Source of the DNA: Rhynchobatus australiae | Lineage: Eukaryota | Assembly: GCA_034780895.1 (NCBI GenBank) | Contig: JAUZTB010000033.1 | Span: forward strand, 30,661,820 to 30,725,819 | Direction: 5' to 3' | DNA length: 64,000 nucleotides | Position numbers and translations under genes: made by a program | Shown: positions 10,986-23,345 of the stretch, in pieces | How the letters are laid out: each line of letters starts with the position of its first letter | Position numbering within the stretch: the first letter of the stretch is position 1 | Notes under the pieces: model-generated | Seen by the model: the letters and a program-made list of their open reading frames with translations, nothing else | Told to the model about the DNA's origin: nothing | The model's database searches: none

Positions 10986-13900
10986 AACAATCTGGGAAGA
11001 ATGTCCATGTAAATTTTAGTTGCAAACAGGATCAGACTTCCAATTAAGTTGTGTCTTGACCATCAAAAGCAATTTTCAACTTTGCTATCCAGCTGGTTTA
11101 CCTACTCAGGTGGTTTCTACATTTTATTTCAGCAGATACTGCTTAAATCCCTGAAGCAAAAATCCCCCACACTATCCAAACTCACAGAAGAGAAGACACT
11201 TGGGTGAGGTGTTGAAGAGCCACCAGAACCTGTGAAATGGCCCACAGTACAAACCCTACCTTCAGGAGGGGAGGCAGAAAAGCTAAAGTTTTTTTTTAAA
11301 CATGAATGAGAGTTAATATTGCCACTGGCAGAATAGAGCCAGCTTTTGGACAATGACACAAACCCATCCAACTCTCAAATTGTCTTCAGGTACTGTCATT
11401 CTGGGCTAAACTATTAAGGGGTACAAATCTGATAAAACATTTCAATGGAAATAGTACCTACAAGATCAAGCAAATTTTTAAGTTCTGTAAGAATGTGCAA
11501 TGGTTCAGAATCTCTATGGGTCTAGGATCCTGTTTGGGTGGTGCACAAATAAAGAGGTGAAGGCATTGAAGTGTGAACAATTCCAGCCTGAATTGTTTGT
11601 GCATCGCTCTTCAGCACCTTTCAGTGCTCCCGTCTGGCCTTCTGTACCTCAACACCACTAAAGCCCCATGAAGCCAGGGATTACTTTGAAACTTTGTTCT
11701 TTTGAAAAAGTCCTCTATTTTTTTTTCTTTCAAACTAAGGGTGTGGTTTGAATCTGTATTGTGTGAGTGTTCATGACGGAAGTGAACAAGAGAAAGGAAA
11801 AAAATACAAGACAGAAGGAAAAGAATGACTGCATATATCATAATATTTGCTTTTCACTGAGTCCAAGTTTAAACAAAGGAGGCTAACTAGGCAGCACTGT
11901 GCTCTCACTTCAGGGCTAAAAGAACCACGCATTAAAGAATTCCACAAACAGAACAGTTAAACATTAAAGTTTAGTAAAATTCACAGTATGAATCAGTCAG
12001 AGGCAGTTTAGAAGCTGTCCAACTCACTTTCCGACCATCTGCACTGAATGTGCTCTGTTAAAATAGAACCATATGGAATACAAGCTAGCAATTAACACAG
12101 CTTTTGCACATGCCTCTAACACAATAGATTNNNNNNNNNNNNNNNNNNNNNNNNNNNNNNNNNNNNNNNNNNNNNNNNNNNNNNNNNNNNNNNNNNNNNN
12201 NNNNNNNNNNNNNNNNNNNNNNNNNNNNNNNNNNNNNNNNNNNNNNNNNNNNNNNNNNNNNNNNNNNNNNNNNNNNNNNNNNNNNNNNNNNNNNNNNNNN
12301 NNNNNNNNNNNNNNNNNNNNNNNNNNNNNNNNNNNNNNNNNNNNNNNNNNNNNNNNNNNNNNNNNNNNNNNNNNNNNNNNNNNNNNNNNNNNNNNNNNNN
12401 NNNNNNNNNNNNNNNAGATCTACATTTTCCCTAGATTTTACAAATCACTGATCTTTTAAGATTTATGACCACATTTTTGCTTCATAGTAGGCCATTCACT
12501 CATGTATTCTTCTATAGTAGGTACAGTTTGGGCTGTGGAGATGCTATAGAATGCAGGACAGGTCTGAACTGCAAGAATGGTTTGGCCTGTGGGATTGGTA
12601 TAGGTTGGGAAAGTGTCTTACTATCTCTGTTATTTGTTGTCTTTTATGAATTAGACAACAGGGAAATTTGAGTAGGGGTAGTGGAAAGTTACTTTGAGTG
12701 AGGGTATGCTCTTTGACTCTGCATCTCTTAATGGTATTCAAATGAAAATAAATCAAATCTAAGTGGCAGAGTAATTGTTATGTCTTCAGGTCTTTAGACC
12801 TATTGATAATGGCCAGCTATGTGTGTATCTTTCATTACTTCTACATGTTTTGAAAGACAAATCTTTTAAAGACCCTGACAAAGCTAGAGCAATTTATTTA
12901 ATTCAAATCACACTGGTAATACTAACTGTTCTATGGACTTGCATTTTAGTAGAGGGAAGCACGAAGTACAGTGAGACTCCACCTTACCTGTAATGCTAGT
13001 CCTCACAAACAATACATGTAACCATATACAGCAGCCATAACTTAATAATGGATCCCTAATCTTATGGACCAATCCATATCCAAAAAAAGCAAGCTATATT
13101 CTTATGATTTTAAAATTCATCTGAACATATCAGTGAATCAATTTAAAATTTCTTTACACTCACCAATGTTTCCTTTTGAACTTCAATCTTGCTAATTGCA
13201 CAACTATGACAATTCATGTCAAAGTTACCGTTTAGTTTTGTTTATTAAGACCATCTTCTATTTCATGATATAAAGCTCATTTTATTAAAAAGAATCTATC
13301 TTGAGTATATCAATCAATATTTGAAATGATTAGAAAATAACCAGCGGATCTTGACCAGACAACATTAGTGTCCTTTATCTGAGAGCAAGTAAATAATTGT
13401 TCAGAGTACACAATAATAATAGTAAATGTAATGGTGTTCAAACCTTAAGATGGAAACTCTTGGCTGATGCCTTTCTATTGCAAAACATTGATGCATGTTG
13501 AAAAATATTTTTGTGCAACATTTCCAAAGTTTATTATTCAATAATTTGTTTAAAAGCTTTGGTTGGAGTGTACACTATCTGTTCCCATTCTCTAATCTGA
13601 TATTTTAATGCAAATAATTTACCAGTGCATGAAAAGAGGGAACAGGAAATCTACTTATCAAACCTCAATATGCATGCACCAAGTTTGTTTTCAGCACTAT
13701 TTTCTAATTTTAAATATTACAAAATGTAACTTTTCTTAGTCATTTCTCTCGCACTCTTGTTGGACAAAATTAATCAAATGTAACCTTGTCCTTTAGTATT
13801 AGCAGAATGAGAGTTGTGAAGAGCAGTTATATACAGGAGATTGCAATGAAGAGCAATAGCAGGATAGATGGTATCAACTACGAATCATAGGCCTGTTTGA

Positions 13901-14129
13901 CTTGTTCCAGTAAGCACAAGATAATGAGATTGCAGATTCCTTCAACCATTAGCAATTCGTGCTTAGGGACCTTTCCCATGTCCACACATTTCCAAAGCCT
14001 GAAATCTCAATTTGACCTCATACTTCACATGCTTTTCTTTACAGAGATAACTACTAACTCTGTTTAGAAATGTTTAAAGATCAATTTTTAATGGCTCTTT
14101 TTTAAAAAAATGTTTGATAAAAGATGGTC

Positions 14130-14465
14130 TGTATTGCCAGATATTTCATCTTTTGATTGAGGTGTAAAAACAAACTCTTACCTGCCTTTTTTGATGTTTT
14201 AGGTTGGTAAAGATCCTACAACACCATTCAAAATAGAGCACGGAGTTTTCTGCTGCCTTGGCCAACAGTTAACAAAAGCAGTTAAAGTGTTCATCCATTT
14301 CACTGCTCTACATGCAAGCTTGCTCCATACAAAATGACTACTGCAGTTGCCCAAAATAACAATAGCCACTGCGCTTATAGAAAGTAATTCACTGTAATTG
14401 ACATACTTTGAAATGTTTCTAAGAGATGTATTAAGGTGCTAAATGAATATGTTTCTTTCTTTCCT
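14130..14465 (+). mobile_element. Deu-domain SINE (SacSINE1/AmnSINE1-like) relic
   Basis: AAAGATCCTACAACACCATTCAAAATAGAGCACGGAGTT..CCTTGGCCAAC core and the L2-like tail ACTTTGAAATGTTTCTAAGAGATG..AAGGTGCTAAATGAAT..TTCTTTC. Confidence 0.65.
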
Positions 14466-14889
14466 TGTTGCAGTCTTTGCACATGAACTGTAGTTTCTTT
14501 ATTAAGTGTTGTGTTCAAGCATTGACAAAAATTGTACAGCCTGAAATAAATATTACAGCTCATTTCTCAAGTCCAGCTGACATCATTTTTGATTAATTTG
14601 TTTAAAATAGTTTGAACTTTCCATCAAGGCTGAGACAAGTGGCAGATGTTGGTGGTGGTTTGTAGCTTGGGAAGCCAGTCCATTCAATTAATATTTTGGT
14701 TCAAAATCTGCTTGACAGCAATACTTTCTTAGTCAGGTGGAGCCAGAAAAGCTGAATTAAATGGCCAGATTTGTTTTGCTCTTGAGTTTGGCAAACATGG
14801 ATGTGTTCAAATGCTTGTTACATTTTTAATTTTGATCAGCTGGGTGCTATAGTTTTCAAGTCTTCATGGTTGACAGAGTGCCTGAAGTA

Positions 14890-15060
14890 CATGGGCTAGG
14901 AGGTTCTGATCGCCAGTCACTACTGAGCTAACTAAACTCAGCTAGATGGGTAATAGTAGTGGTACAATCAGACCTACTCCCCCAGTTTAAACTGAAGCCA
15001 TAAACAGATATAGTTACTGCTCCTAATTACTCCTGAAAAGTCACAAGTTAGACACAGATG
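14890..15060 (+). mobile_element. Old tRNA-type SINE fragment (family not named)
   Basis: CTGAGCTAACTAAACTCAGCT..GGTACAATCAG..GCTCCTAATTAC resembles other copies in the window. Confidence 0.45.
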
Positions 15061-15089
15061 AAAGTGTTATTCTATTTATCTTAACAGAC

Positions 15090-15960
15090 ATGTGGAAAAT
15101 GTCCTATTTCCTCATCCAGGGGAACCCACTGTTTCTTAAATAATTCCAGGGGTTTCATCCCCACCCCTTTTCTCTCAGAATTCATTCCCTATGTTAATCT
15201 GAGGATATTCCTGGCATAAATCTTAAATTTGTCCTTTACTATCCTAAGCATGTGTTCTCATTGTCACAGTTTAGCTGAAGTGTTGCTCTACTTGCACTAC
15301 AGCCTTAAGTATATTTTTCTGTTTTATATACCTCTGTGAGATCACTGCTTATTCACATTTCAGAGCTGCAAAGCTCACTTTCTCCAGTCTTTTCTCATAA
15401 CTCAGTCAGGGATCAGTCTTGCAACTCTTCTTTGAATCACATTCAAGACTTAAATTCCCTTGTAACTCAGTGACGAGCATTGGACATACAGTAGTCTCAA
15501 AAAGTAGTTATACAAAAACACAATTCTATTTGATCATGACATCCTATATTTTGTACTCCATGCTGTGATTATGCAGTGAAGTGTTTGGTTGTTTTGTTGA
15601 TTATTGTTCTGCAGTATTTTGGTGTTTTTGAGGGTGAGGGGCAAATTTATTAATAGCCTTAGCTATTCAGACATAATTTGTATAGTATTTAGTTTACATA
15701 TTTATTCTTCTTAAAGAATAGTGATTTATTTTTAATCTATTAAATTGTATCTATTTGCTGCCATCATTTATCTAGCTCACTGCATTTCTCTGCCTTCTCA
15801 GATGCACCTGGTCCTACTAGTTTGATGCCATATGTAAATTTAGCCAATCTGCATTGCATTCCTAAATTAGATTTAAAACAATTGAAGTTTTAACATCACC
15901 ATGGGACTATTTATTATTCTCATTTCACTCCCCATAATCATCAGCATATTTCCTGAAGAA
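15090..15960 (-). mobile_element. CR1 LINE relic (RT C-terminal part and 3' region)
   Basis: TATACCTCTGTGAGATCAC, CCAGTCTTTTCTCATAACTC and GTGACGAGCATTGGACATACAGTAGTCTC are typical minus-strand CR1 segments; a KFADDTKL-like remnant lies near 15820-15845. Confidence 0.6.
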
Positions 15961-16025
15961 ACTATCTGCTATAACACCTTCAGCCAATTTCTTATCCATT
16001 CTCAAGCTTTCGACTGAATCCTTGA

Positions 16026-16115
16026 ATAAAAAGAGAAAATGCTGGAAATGCTAGAAAATATCAGGTCAGGCAGCATCTGTGGATAGTTTCAGGCCAAGGA
16101 CCTTCCATCGGACCT
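16026..16115 (-). mobile_element. Penelope-derived terminal unit with a degenerate hammerhead core
   Basis: GAAAATGCTGGAAAT..CAGGTCAGGCAGCATCTGTGG; the minus strand reads CCGATGGA-AGGTC-CTT-GGCCT-GAAAC. Confidence 0.65.
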
Positions 16116-17614
16116 TTCTTAACTGATTTTAACCACTTGTGTGAATTCTTTTTTCTGTGGTTTGGAATTCAATGAGCCCCACAATACAAGGAACTGATAA
16201 CTCTTGTTGGAAACACATAGATGTGGTTGCAAAGGATTGTGCACACATGCCTCCCTCACATCGTTGCCAATGTTCACACTTGAAAGAAAACCAGGTGAAG
16301 AACATAAAGACAGTTAAGTCTGGGGAATTATACCCAACAAAGGGTCAAGTCTTCAAGGTAAAACTGCAAAAGGAAACCATACCTTAAAAACAAAGTTTGC
16401 TATGGTTTCAATACAGTTACACTGAGTAAAGACAAAATAATGCCAGATTATCTCCTCAAGGCAACCACACAGTATATGAAGCAACTAACCACAAAAGCTT
16501 CAATCAAAACTTGTTCAGCCTGTAATTGATCTTGAACATAACGCCCTGGTTAACAAGTTAAATGGAAGCTATCTGTGGATATACTTATATATATTGCCCA
16601 GAAATGATAGTGCACCTTAATGGAATGCTAAATGGGCCAATGACAGTATCAGTTATTGGCCCACCACTAAAAAATTCAATTACCCCCCCAAGGATCAAGC
16701 CTCATTGCATATTTTTGATATAAATGTAACACACCCAACTTTTCTTTCAGAAACCGGGTTTGGGAAGCAATGGTATGGGGGAGGGGGAAGTGGAATTTAA
16801 TGGCCATGGGCCTATTTGGGCATGTGTTGTGACCATGGAGTTACTGAATGCCAGGGAGGAATGGATTGGATCTGGCACAATTAGTGCAGAGATTATGGGC
16901 ATCAGAAGAATCAATGTGGAGTTTGGGGGTATGGATGGTGGGTGATAGGGAACTAGGGATGGGCACAGAAGGATGAAGGTAGATAATTTACTTGTCTGAC
17001 AGGAATCCATGCCTTGGGGCTGTAGTAATGAAACTTGGTTCTTCCAGAGTGCCAACAACATGCACTCTCAGGACACTGTGCTCCAAGTTTTTCTGCAATG
17101 CTCCAAGAGAACTGTTGCAAAGGGAATGATGTGATATCTTGAGCCCCAATGAAGAAATGACATCAAAGGTGCAAGGATGACTCATGCTCAGAAGTACTCA
17201 GTGAAATTTCTGGGAAAGGTTGCTGTCTTTTCCTTCAGTAAGAAATAATTTTCTGTTGCATATTTGTAATAAAAACAAAAACAAAGAGGCAATAATCTTA
17301 TAACCATCTCATGCACTGAGTTGTAAAACATTTACCTCAAATAACTTTGTGCAGAAGGTCCATGGACTTTGGATTCATTCAACAATAAATCTCATGATTT
17401 TCATACCTCCCACAGTCCTCAATGCATGAGGTAAGACAACAGAAGTAGGCAGATGTCTCAGCAGCATGGTATCAATGCCTGACTAATGTACCCAGTGCCC
17501 TCTGCCACAACTCCTATTATCATNNNNNNNNNNGGCACCGGCTGCCCTCTGAGCACTTAGATTCAGAGTCATTACTATTATTATTTTGCTTATAAATGAC
17601 TTACATTTGAATGT

Positions 17615-17740
17615 ATGAACTTAAGAATTAGGAGCAGGAGGATGTCATTTGCTCATCAAGCTTGTTCTGGCATTCATTAAGACCACGGTTGATCTGACTG
17701 TAACCTCAACTCCATGTACCTGCTTGCTCCTGGTAACTGT
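17615..17740 (-). mobile_element. CR1 3' tail fragment
   Basis: AAGAATTAGGAGCAGGAG..CAAGCTTGTTCTGGCATTCATTAAGACCACGGTTGATCTG..ACCTCAACTCCA. Confidence 0.7.
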
Positions 17741-18679
17741 ATTGACAATGCCACTTCTGCTCCATAGTGAGGACAGCATTTTGCAATTTGTTAGTTTTGA
17801 TTGGACTTGGCTCATACTTATAATGTTAAAGATGTTCTCATGCTGGGCTCAAAATATTGTTTTAATGTTGTATTACATCTAAGCAAAATGAAAAGTACAG
17901 ATATTTAATCATTGCAAGATGAATGTTGTTATCCAATTACCCAAGAAAAATTGCACAAGTTATATTCTATTTGATTGCACAGTGCAAGCAAGGTAAAGTG
18001 ATAGAACTATATTAAAAACAGAAATAAAGAACTCTAATTTGGAACACTATTACCATATAAGACTGGAAGCAATATTCCCTACTCTTAATCCAGTTAAATC
18101 AGGTATAATAGTGGAGTTAATACAGGTACCATGTGCATGGGCACACCCTCTGGTCACAAGTCTCACTCCTCTAAATTCATTTAGATATAGCAGAGTATTT
18201 CCCAACCTAGTCCTCTGTCTCCCTCTCCATCCACATGCATGTTGGCAGTGATCCCTGGCCTCACCCACTCCCTGCCATGCAGCTCATTAAGAAACAAACT
18301 GTTCTAAGTTGTAATGGAACTGATAACTGCATCCAAATGAAACTTTTCCCCACAAGTCTGCTAAATGCCAGCTGGCCAAGTCCCACTGATGTGACATTGT
18401 GAAAGTGTTTGTTTCCTCCTCCACATGCTCTGTTACAAACAAATACTTCTCTGATTCAAGTGCCAACAAAAATAGCAAAACTTTCAAGGAATGAGATGGG
18501 ATCAAATGCCACCATCTCTCACTGTTCTGCACACACAAGCAAAAGATGGCATTAACTGGTTAATTTATTGTAAATGACTACATTGGGTACACCTTATGAA
18601 CCTACTCATGTCAGTACTTACAACTTTGAAATAATGGTTGAAGCTTTCCTGTTACAGGACTAACTACATGAACCTGCCA

Positions 18680-19000
18680 TTTTTCTCATTGATCTTTGCT
18701 CCTACATGCTACTGGTCTGATTCAGATCACTGTTTTAAATGTCTGGTATTGGTGTCTGCTACCATGAATAAGTAGCCTGCACTAATCCCTGTTCTATAGT
18801 GTACTGATCTCCTGTCCTATATGATATTGATCTGTCACTAATTTGTGCTAAATAACATGGGAAAACTCCTAGACCCTGTTTCTATCTCGTATTGGTTGGT
18901 TATTGATAAGTGTATTCAGTGTTGCTTTATTATCAATCTCCACTTCCATACGTATTAGTCTGTTACTGATCTCTGCTCAATATAGTATTGGTTTGTAATT
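18680..19000. repeat. Degenerate minisatellite, unit ~33 bp (ACTGATCTCTGCTCCTATATAGTATTGGTCTGT-like)
   Basis: Recurring [A/T]TGATCTC/TGCT..TATTGGT/CTG units, e.g. 18688-18720, 18803-18836, 18965-18996. Confidence 0.6.
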
Positions 19001-20374
19001 GTCTTTATGATCCCCACTGCTAGCCTACTCCAAAACCAATTTCTCCTTGAATTTCACTGTGCAAAGAGACAAGTGAAACTTGATTCTACATTTCACAATG
19101 CATGTGACAAGAAACATGATATTAAACGTAGTCTGATCTAATTCAGTATCAATGTTACTTGCTAAAAATACAGAAAGAAAGGAGCAGCAAGTGAACACTG
19201 TGTCCTTGGTTTAGATATATAGAGCAGATCACCAGCTGAGTGTAGTAACTGGTACTCACCTGACAAGGCACTGGTAGAGAGAAACACTAAAGAAATTGAA
19301 GCCTCTGGTGTGTTTTGCGGGAATCATGAATTCATCTGTGCAATGCAATTTTCTTCAGAGGACTCATGTCTGGTATAGTTTGTATTTAGCTAGATAAATA
19401 ACTTTGGGCCATTGAGCTCCACAGAAAAATCATTAAATGTTCAAAAGTTTCCACAATGGTTGAGGCACTTAAAGTGGAATTTAAATGCACAGACCAAGAT
19501 CATCCCAGATTAGTCCCCTTAATTCTGAGTTGGCCGAACAGGAATACAGCCAGTGCTTCCAATCAACCAAATGCTTGAAATGCCCAAGCACCTTGCTAAC
19601 TGAATGATAATGAGACCAGACCACAAAAATTATTTGGCCAGTGACATCAGCAAGGCAGGAGGCATGAAATGCTTATACAATTCTGTTGTGACTAAAATGG
19701 GCTCAAGTACATGCAGACATATGTTGGCAATTTTTAACTCATGTTGCTCAACACAAACAGGATGACAACAGAGCTAGAACAGAGATGGCACATTTACCAT
19801 CCCGTGCCAGTCCTAACAATATGTTTTTTTGGGTCTTCTACTGGGTAGCCTATAGTTCTGCCTAAACCAGAGACTTCATCAATCTGTGCAAGTCAGAATC
19901 CTACCCTAATGCTTACTACAATCATAATCCCTGAAAATACATAACTGTAGGACATCTAGGTTTTAGAGCCAGCATCATTATGCTGACCCTGTAATGGAAA
20001 GCCACACTGGGACCATTATTTGGTTTCCACAGTGTGCAGCATATATCTTCGTGAGATCCAATCCCCATTAGTATTGTTAAGCAGCCAGCTGGTTAACTCT
20101 GACAATCAACTACCCCCTACATTCAAACATATATTATACACAAATATAAACACCCACTTGTTCATTCACACATTTCCATACAGACTCCTCCGTCTAAACA
20201 CATGAACAAACAATTGGAAGCAGAGGTGACTGGAGTGAGAATTTCCATCTGAAAATTTTCCATCTCTATAGCTCAAGGACATTGACATTACTGTCTCAGT
20301 AAGGATCAGTTCTGTAGTATGGATTTGATAACATAGAGATTGTATGACTCAACTAGGAATTTAGAAGCATTGGC

Positions 20375-20545
20375 AAAAGATTGGTAGACACTAGCTCAAA
20401 TCCCAGCACTAGTTCAAATCCTACTATCGCAGCTAGAGAACTTAAAATCAGCAAATTAAGTCTTTAATGTATTTTAAGAAAAGAAGTCTGCTATCCTGAC
20501 ATGGGCTGGGCTACAGATGACTCCAGAACCACAGCAATATGTTGG
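20375..20545 (+). mobile_element. tRNA-derived SINE fragment
   Basis: B-box-like GTTCAAATCC (locally duplicated), then GCAGCT..AAGTCTGCTATCCT..GGGCTACAGATGACTCCAGAACCACAGCAATATG. Confidence 0.6.
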
Positions 20546-23119
20546 GGACAGTATGTTGAGAGCTATATATTGAGGGATCTGTTTCATGACATATAGCGCA
20601 ACTCCTGTGTTAATGCTTGCCAAAGCATTACAACATATTAGAACGTATATGTGTTGAAAAATTAGAGGAGAAGTACATCATCTCCAAGCAGTTGCAACGT
20701 AACAAACCCCTTTGTTAATAGTTGGCCAAATCATCCTCAGAATTGTAATAGCATGAGAAATCCCTTAAAGAAGCTTACTTCTGAGGCAAGTGTGGCTGAG
20801 GTGATATTTTGCATGATTTTATGTACAAATAAGAATACACAAATGTACTCCATATTTAGGTTTTTCCATTCAAATAATATATTGCAATTTTGCATTACTT
20901 GCTTACATATAAAGTACTGCAGAAGAAATATATTCTTTTGCTGCCATCAACACTAATCAGTGACACATAATCACATTCATTTTTCTTGGAAAAAATTATT
21001 TGAAAACCCTTCTCCCATTTTTTCAGAGCAGGCTGTATAGCTGGATTGCCACTTTGTAGGCACTAGGCCAAACTCCACTGCCTTCCCCAAGTGGCCTTAA
21101 TTCACTTGTGAGTTTAAAGTGAGTGTAGTTAAGGTTTGGGCCATTGCTGAATTCCAACCTCCTCCCCCATGCCTCTCTAGCCCTGGAACACCCACTGCAA
21201 TACCCTAAACTCTATCCTGGCTGAAACTATCTTACACGGCACAAACATAGAGTGTATGCTCACTGAGCCAAACTGACTTGGAATGACCAATTTTCCAACT
21301 TCTCTTTCAAAAAGCTCTGCTCCACTCATTCCCCATTGGCAAATTTGGTTCTTTAATTACCACTTTTGGGTGCAAATGCCATTGGATCAATTCATTTTCA
21401 GTAAACATCGAGTTCTTCCTGGTCCTACATAGGTCATGCTCCTGAAGATGAGTAAATCTGCGAGTTTGTTTTCCTTCTCTCCCCTTCCCACCAATCGGGA
21501 TAATATCGAAAATGAATAGTCTCAAGGTCAGTAACTGTTTATTTTGTAAAACTGACTGAAGAAAAAAAAATCTCTATTTGTTAATACCTTAAAGTATTTG
21601 AGTTGCATTTGAGCAATTAATGAAAAACAGTAGGTTAAAAAATAATAAATTACATCTATAAAAATTCCTCTCAGAAACCAACACCAGACTGGGAAAAAAA
21701 ATCTAACCCTGAGGCTAAGCCGCTAAATAAGTTGTGAATTAATTTTTGTAAAGCACTCCCATATTACTAAGGTGTGTTGAAAGGTGTCTACTCATGTTTC
21801 AAATTAAACGCACTGCTGGTCAGCATTAGCACCTCAGTGCTGCAAAGCAGCCACTTGCCTATAACACTTCAGGGGCCGGGAAAGTAGGTTTGCCATTCAC
21901 ACTGGAATAATTAGAACATGTCAAGAAGAATTAATTTCCTCATTTTTCAAAAGGATACACAGAAATTACCATGTTATTATATGACAGGGTCCCTCGGAGA
22001 ATTGTATTAAATTTAATTTCTAACACAGCCCACACAACAAATTAAAGTCATAAATAAGATGGAAAGAAGCAGGACGTGGAGCATATGTTTATAGCAATGA
22101 CTGAAGCCAAGGGACCAGAAACAACTATCTTCATTTCATTTTATTTAAATCAGCCAGACACTGTGTGTCTGAATGACAGCAATTGCTAATAGGAGCTGAG
22201 ATTAGGCTGCCTGATACCAGGAAACAGAAACAGCCACTTATCCAATGCTTAAACCAAATGGTTGACAGCAAACCTAGGGTCTACTGGTACCTGAGCTGGC
22301 TCACAGGTACCATTCAAAAGGGCCAGTGATGTGCCAAGATAGTCTGTGCCTGACTAAAAATTNNNNNNNNNNNNNNNNNNNNNNNNNNNNNNNNNNNNNN
22401 NNNNNNNNNNNNNNNNNNNNNNNNNNNNNNNNNNNNNNNNNNNNNNNNNNNNTTGCGAATCAATTAATTGGTTACTTGCTACATAATACAGATTTCACAC
22501 TCCCAGGTCACTGCATTGTAGACATGAGAGGAATTGTAACATTTTTCAAAAAGTTCATGATTGAAATCATTAATTAATTTAAGTGATGCATTGCATTAGG
22601 CAGCTGTGGAGGTACAGAGAGTAATTAGTAGTTTCTCAGCTATTATTATTATTAAATTCACGGCTGGGAGGATATTTTCTCATTTTCAGAAGCAAAAGCA
22701 GACTAGGTAAATCTCTGTAAAAATTGTTCAATATATTTTGCTTAAGAGAATGATTGAGATAAGTGAATCTGGAATTGCACATAGCGATCACCGCAGGATT
22801 TTTATAGAAACACTTATTCCCCTGCTTTGGACCCAACTTCCTCATTTCCTAACTTAATTTTGAGGGCACTGGCCCACAGTAAATTAGGACTTAACAGCTA
22901 TCATTCAGTTTCCAGTGAGGTCATCTAATAGTCATCCATAATCTGTGGATTTAACATGAACACTGGCAAGCTATTTCAATAGGAAAAGCAGCACATCTGA
23001 CTTTGATATTATGCTTCAGTATCCAAGCATTGGGTATTTTCCTACAGATGCTGCTGAACAGCAATGAAGAAGTGGGGTCCTGGCTGATTTACTGCTGGCA
23101 GTAGTGTTTTCATCAGCTA

Positions 23120-23225
23120 AAAAAAAGAAACAACAGGTTAACTTCTCAGGTTAGGCCCTTTGTCTCACAGAGGGCTGACATCCAAAAGGTTAACAAATGC
23201 TGTGTACTTCCAGCTTTTTCTGAAT
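23120..23225. mobile_element. Inverted pair of Penelope-derived terminal remnants
   Basis: GGTTAAC..GGCCCTTTGT-CTC-ACAGAGGGCT..GGTTAAC..ATGCTG..TTCCAGCTTTTTCTG forms an inverted arrangement. Confidence 0.4.
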
Positions 23226-23249
23226 TGAAACAAAGTTACTCGCACATTG

Positions 23250-23345
23250 ACTACAGTCAGCTACCTCAGCACAGATCAGTGATTGAGCCCAGAGATTGGT
23301 TTGTATTGATCAGCATCAATAAATAGCTTTAGCAACAGAGGCTTC
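23250..23345 (-). mobile_element. tRNA-like SINE head fragment
   Basis: TCAGCTACCTCAGCACAGATCAGTGATTGAGCCCAG is the reverse complement of the head seen at ~14900. Confidence 0.45.

Noticed and set aside
19252-19392. Possible minus-strand exon ending in CAG|GTGAGT
   Set aside because: Weak acceptor, stops in all frames over the full length, and no homology; it cannot be supported.
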